From contig CBDFJO010000003.1 of NCBI GenBank assembly GCA_965248525.1, positions 41,727 to 105,726 of the forward strand: a stretch of 64,000 nucleotides of DNA, written 5' to 3'. Position 1 is the first letter of the stretch. Every line of letters starts with the position of its first letter. Positions 60,998 to 64,000 of this stretch are shown here, in pieces. A program made the translations under genes and the position numbers. The notes under the pieces were generated by a model, which worked only from the letters and a program-made list of their open reading frames with translations, was not told where the DNA came from and ran no database searches. The stretch comes from Urechidicola sp. (GTDB lineage: Bacteria; Bacteroidota; Bacteroidia; Flavobacteriales; Flavobacteriaceae).

Positions 60998-61621
60998 TCA
61001 TAGAGAATAATTAAAACTTATTTGGAATACGGAACTTTTTGTATTATCTCTTTCAATTATTGCATAATTATAGCGTAATCCAATTTGATAATCATTTGAA
61101 AATGAGTAACCAATTCCTAAATTAACAGCCATTTCAAATTTATCAAAACTACCATTTCCATATGATAAATTATCATTATTATCAGTTACATTTTGATTTA
61201 CTACATATCCTGCTTGTGGCCCAATCTCAATACTGATATTGTTATTAAAATGGTAATCCAACATAATTGGGAGTAAAATTAAATTTTGTTTTATATCTGC
61301 TTTATAATTAATATTATTAAGTGGCTCATCAGAACCAATTAAACCTGTTTTAAGTTCATATTCTGCACTCTGAGTAGAGAAAAGTAATTCAGGGTTCAAT
61401 ATTAAATTATTAGTTAAATTTAAACTTAAAAACCCACCAATATGAAAACCAATTTTTCCATTAAAATCTGCCGGAAATTCATTAGGTATATCTTTTCCTA
61501 AAATAAAAGTTGAATAATTAATTCCTGCTTTTATTCCAAACTTAATTTTGTTATCTTGTGAGTTAGCATTAAGACTAAACAGCAGTATTAATATTCCAAA
61601 AAGTAATATGTTTTTTTTCAT
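60998..61621 (-). CDS. PorT-like outer-membrane beta-barrel protein (cassette-borne)
   Basis: Signal peptide; FGIKAGINYS; terminal FNYSL; ends gttacaagcc/ggcttgtaac. Confidence 0.78.
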   Translation of the reverse strand: MKKNILLFGILILLFSLNANSQDNKIKFGIKAGINYSTFILGKDIPNEFPADFNGKIGFHIGGFLSLNLTNNLILNPELLFSTQSAEYELKTGLIGSDEPLNNINYKADIKQNLILLPIMLDYHFNNNISIEIGPQAGYVVNQNVTDNNDNLSYGNGSFDKFEMAVNLGIGYSFSNDYQIGLRYNYAIIERDNTKSSVFQISFNYSL

Positions 61622-61664
61622 TTTTAAATTTATTATGTTAATTTTTATTCGTTTTATGGCTTGT

Positions 61665-61720
61665 AACGTTCCGTGTATGGTGTCGTAGCATCCCGAAGGG
61701 TGCTATGCACTATACACATT
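61665..61720 (-). other. attC-like site split by IS1182
   Basis: aac-gttccg-tgtatggtg-tcgtagcatccc/gggtgctatg-cactataca-catt|IS|catt-gtt. Confidence 0.82.
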
Positions 61721-63467
61721 GTGCCTGTTGCACAAGATACAATTAATTTCACAAAAATAATAATAATAAGGTTTTAAATTATTTTGTTAATCCATTGATA
61801 TTAAGTATCTTTATACATGCAAGGAAAGAAAATATACCAAGAAAAGTTGTTTGCTAATTTTCAGTTAAGCGACCGAGTTCCCAAGAACAATTTTTATCGA
61901 AGATTACATAAAGTTTTAGATTTAGACTTTTTGTATAAACTCACAAGACCATTTTATGGAGAGAGTGGACAGGAGAGTATTGATCCTATAGTTTTCTTTA
62001 AACTTTGTTTAGTAGGATATTTAGAAAACATCATAAGCGATCGCAAATTAATCTCTCATTGTGCAATGCGGTTAGATATTTTGTATTTTATAGGTTATGA
62101 TATTGATGAGCCATTACCTTGGCATTCTACCATAAGTCGTACCCGACAATTATATACAGAAGCAGTATTTGAAGAATTTTTTACCAAAGTATTACAAATG
62201 TGTATAAACAAAGGGATGGTTTCTGGTCATACCCAAGCCATAGATTCTGCACCTATAAAAGCCAATGCTTCTATGGATACATTGGAACTAAAAGTACCTG
62301 CCGAAGAACTAGAAGATTATTTACTCAAGGTTCGTCATATTAGCGATGTAGATAAACCCAAGAATACACGTAAAGCAAAAGAGAATAAGGCAAGTAAGGA
62401 GCAACAAACTGTTACTGCAAAGCCAAGTGAATTACAAGCCATAAAAAGCAGAAATAAAAAATGGTCTAAAGACCAGAATTATCGTCCAGGGGCAGGAAAT
62501 AAGGGATCTAAATATACATCCAACAAAACCCATTATAGTCCAACCGATCCAGATGCTCGGATAAGTGTCAAGCCAGGCAAAGCTAGGAAGCTCAACTATA
62601 GTAGTCAACTAAGTGTAGATACGGGTCATCATGTGATAACAGATATTAAAGCCTATCATGCAGATAAAAAAGACAGTCAATGTTTAGAAGATATCACTGT
62701 TCGATTAAAAAAGCGCTTAGATAAAAACGGATTACTTTGGCAAAACATATTGGCAGATACAGGCTATAGTGATGGTAGCAATTATGCCTTTTTAGAAACC
62801 GAAGCCTTAGAAAGTTATATCCCACCACATGGAACTTACAAAGGAGGACCAGAAGGTTTTTTATATGATAAAGAACAAGATTGTTATATATGTCCACAAG
62901 GAAAAACAATACCGTTTAAAAAAGTGTTTAGAGATTATAAAACAGGTACAAAAAAGAAAGAATATAGATGTTCATCACTAATTTGTAAGACTTGCCCTAT
63001 AAAGCAACAATGTTTGGGCAAAACTGCACAAGAAAAGAAGTTTACTGTAACCTATTATCGAGAAGAATATGAACGCAATAACAAAAGAGTAAACTCCAAA
63101 CAAGGACGTTATATGAAATACAAACGCAGTAGTACTGTTGAGCCTGTTTTTGGGACCCTCACTCAATTTATGGGACTCCGTAAAATAAATACGATTGGTA
63201 TTCAACAAGCCAACAAGGTCATGCATATGGCTGCAATTGCTTATAATATCAAGAAATACCTAAAATTCACTAGCAAAACTGTACAAACTAACAAGCAAAG
63301 ACTTGCTTTTTACTTATATCAAATAAAAGAGGCAATAGTACTTCAAATAAGCAACTTTAAACCAGTTAAAAATTTAGAATTTGTATGAATTTTAAAATAG
63401 GGTTTCTCTAAAAAATCGCTTAGGTCAACTTTTTTGGATTGATTTTATATTCTTGTGCAACGATTAC
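61721..63467 (+). mobile_element. IS1182-family element, complete
   Basis: 16-bp imperfect TIR GTgcctGTTGCACAAG / rc GTaatcGTTGCACAAG; 4-bp CATT duplication. Confidence 0.88.
61817..63388 (+). CDS. IS1182-family transposase
   Basis: GQESIDP, PWHSTISR, AIDSAP, TDPDAR, LADTGY, CxxCP..C, RSSTVEPVFG. Confidence 0.9.
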   Translation: MQGKKIYQEKLFANFQLSDRVPKNNFYRRLHKVLDLDFLYKLTRPFYGESGQESIDPIVFFKLCLVGYLENIISDRKLISHCAMRLDILYFIGYDIDEPLPWHSTISRTRQLYTEAVFEEFFTKVLQMCINKGMVSGHTQAIDSAPIKANASMDTLELKVPAEELEDYLLKVRHISDVDKPKNTRKAKENKASKEQQTVTAKPSELQAIKSRNKKWSKDQNYRPGAGNKGSKYTSNKTHYSPTDPDARISVKPGKARKLNYSSQLSVDTGHHVITDIKAYHADKKDSQCLEDITVRLKKRLDKNGLLWQNILADTGYSDGSNYAFLETEALESYIPPHGTYKGGPEGFLYDKEQDCYICPQGKTIPFKKVFRDYKTGTKKKEYRCSSLICKTCPIKQQCLGKTAQEKKFTVTYYREEYERNNKRVNSKQGRYMKYKRSSTVEPVFGTLTQFMGLRKINTIGIQQANKVMHMAAIAYNIKKYLKFTSKTVQTNKQRLAFYLYQIKEAIVLQISNFKPVKNLEFV

Positions 63468-63605
63468 CATTGTTGTGTTTTCGTTTTTTATTTTCATTTC
63501 GTTTTAACGTTGGGGCAAACATACTCTTTGGCAAGTTTTGGCTCGTGTGGTTGGTTTTTGAGCGACTTGACAATGTGTATGGTTGCTGGGTGATGGAATT
63601 CATCT

Positions 63606-64000
63606 TCAAATTTTTGCTACGTTGATTAATTTATTGTTCATTAGGACTGAATCCTCATATTTTGATCTGGTTAATTTCTTTTGAAGAAACAAATCCTTCT
63701 CAACAGCTTTAATCTGTTCTAATCCACTTTCGGAAACTGTAACAAACCACCCTTCTCCAACCTCTCCATCCTTACGTGGTGTCATGTTAGTATTTCCATT
63801 TGACCAATAAATAGATTGTGCCATTAATTCACCTTCAGAGTTTTTCCATGCAAATTGCTTGGTTGCTTCAGGCTTCCACCCTAGATGTCTTGCCAAAACA
63901 GGGTTAATAGCAATCCATTTAGATTTTAAATCAAATTGATCGAATCTATGATCCCTGACTACAACAATAAAATGCCCACCACCTTTCAAATCATGATAGT
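63606..64000 (-). CDS. C-terminal end of a larger protein running off the window
   Basis: INPVLARHLGW...SIYWSNG...GEVGEGWFV; frame appears open to the window edge. Confidence 0.55.
   Translation of the reverse strand, partial: YHDLKGGGHFIVVVRDHRFDQFDLKSKWIAINPVLARHLGWKPEATKQFAWKNSEGELMAQSIYWSNGNTNMTPRKDGEVGEGWFVTVSESGLEQIKAVEKDLFLQKKLTRSKYEDSVLMNNKLINVAKI

Noticed and set aside
52593-61720. CRISPR array
   Set aside because: Repeats are variable-length imperfect hairpins separated by whole genes; there are no constant repeats, uniform spacers or cas genes.

Overview
AT-rich Bacteroidota (Flavobacteriaceae-like) chromosomal window. Core blocks: sdhB; Mo-oxidoreductase/amidase; lipid genes; pgi; Trp/Tyr catabolism (kynA, hppD, hmgA); Fe-S/tRNA genes; porW-atpBEFHAG; hflX; a TonB receptor/nuclease locus; recJ. 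These are interrupted by accessory tracts at ~19.9-28.1 kb, ~50.5-59.4 kb and ~59.7-64 kb. The main result is that these tracts are built like integron gene-cassette arrays, although no integrase gene is in the window. Minus-strand gene modules are separated by attC-like AAC...hairpin...GTT sites. Each module's own two ends are complementary over 6-13 bp while the two ends of each hairpin are not, which is the footprint expected of circular cassettes recombining at G|TT. A conserved attI-like head (with a Bacteroidota -7 promoter box in the best copy) and a conserved ~125-bp tail bracket the arrays. Two mobile elements target these sites at fixed positions: a group IIC intron (TTGT|T, RT domain deleted, itself hit by IS5) and an IS1182-family element (five ends, four independent insertions). 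Cargo includes a radical SAM + putative precursor pair, a ClpP-like protease pair, a 4.2-kb metal-transport module, and two tandem TlpA lipoproteins that differ almost only at non-synonymous sites. Many deletion-derived pseudogenes indicate ongoing genome erosion. All calls are by eye from sequence and motifs; no searches were run.
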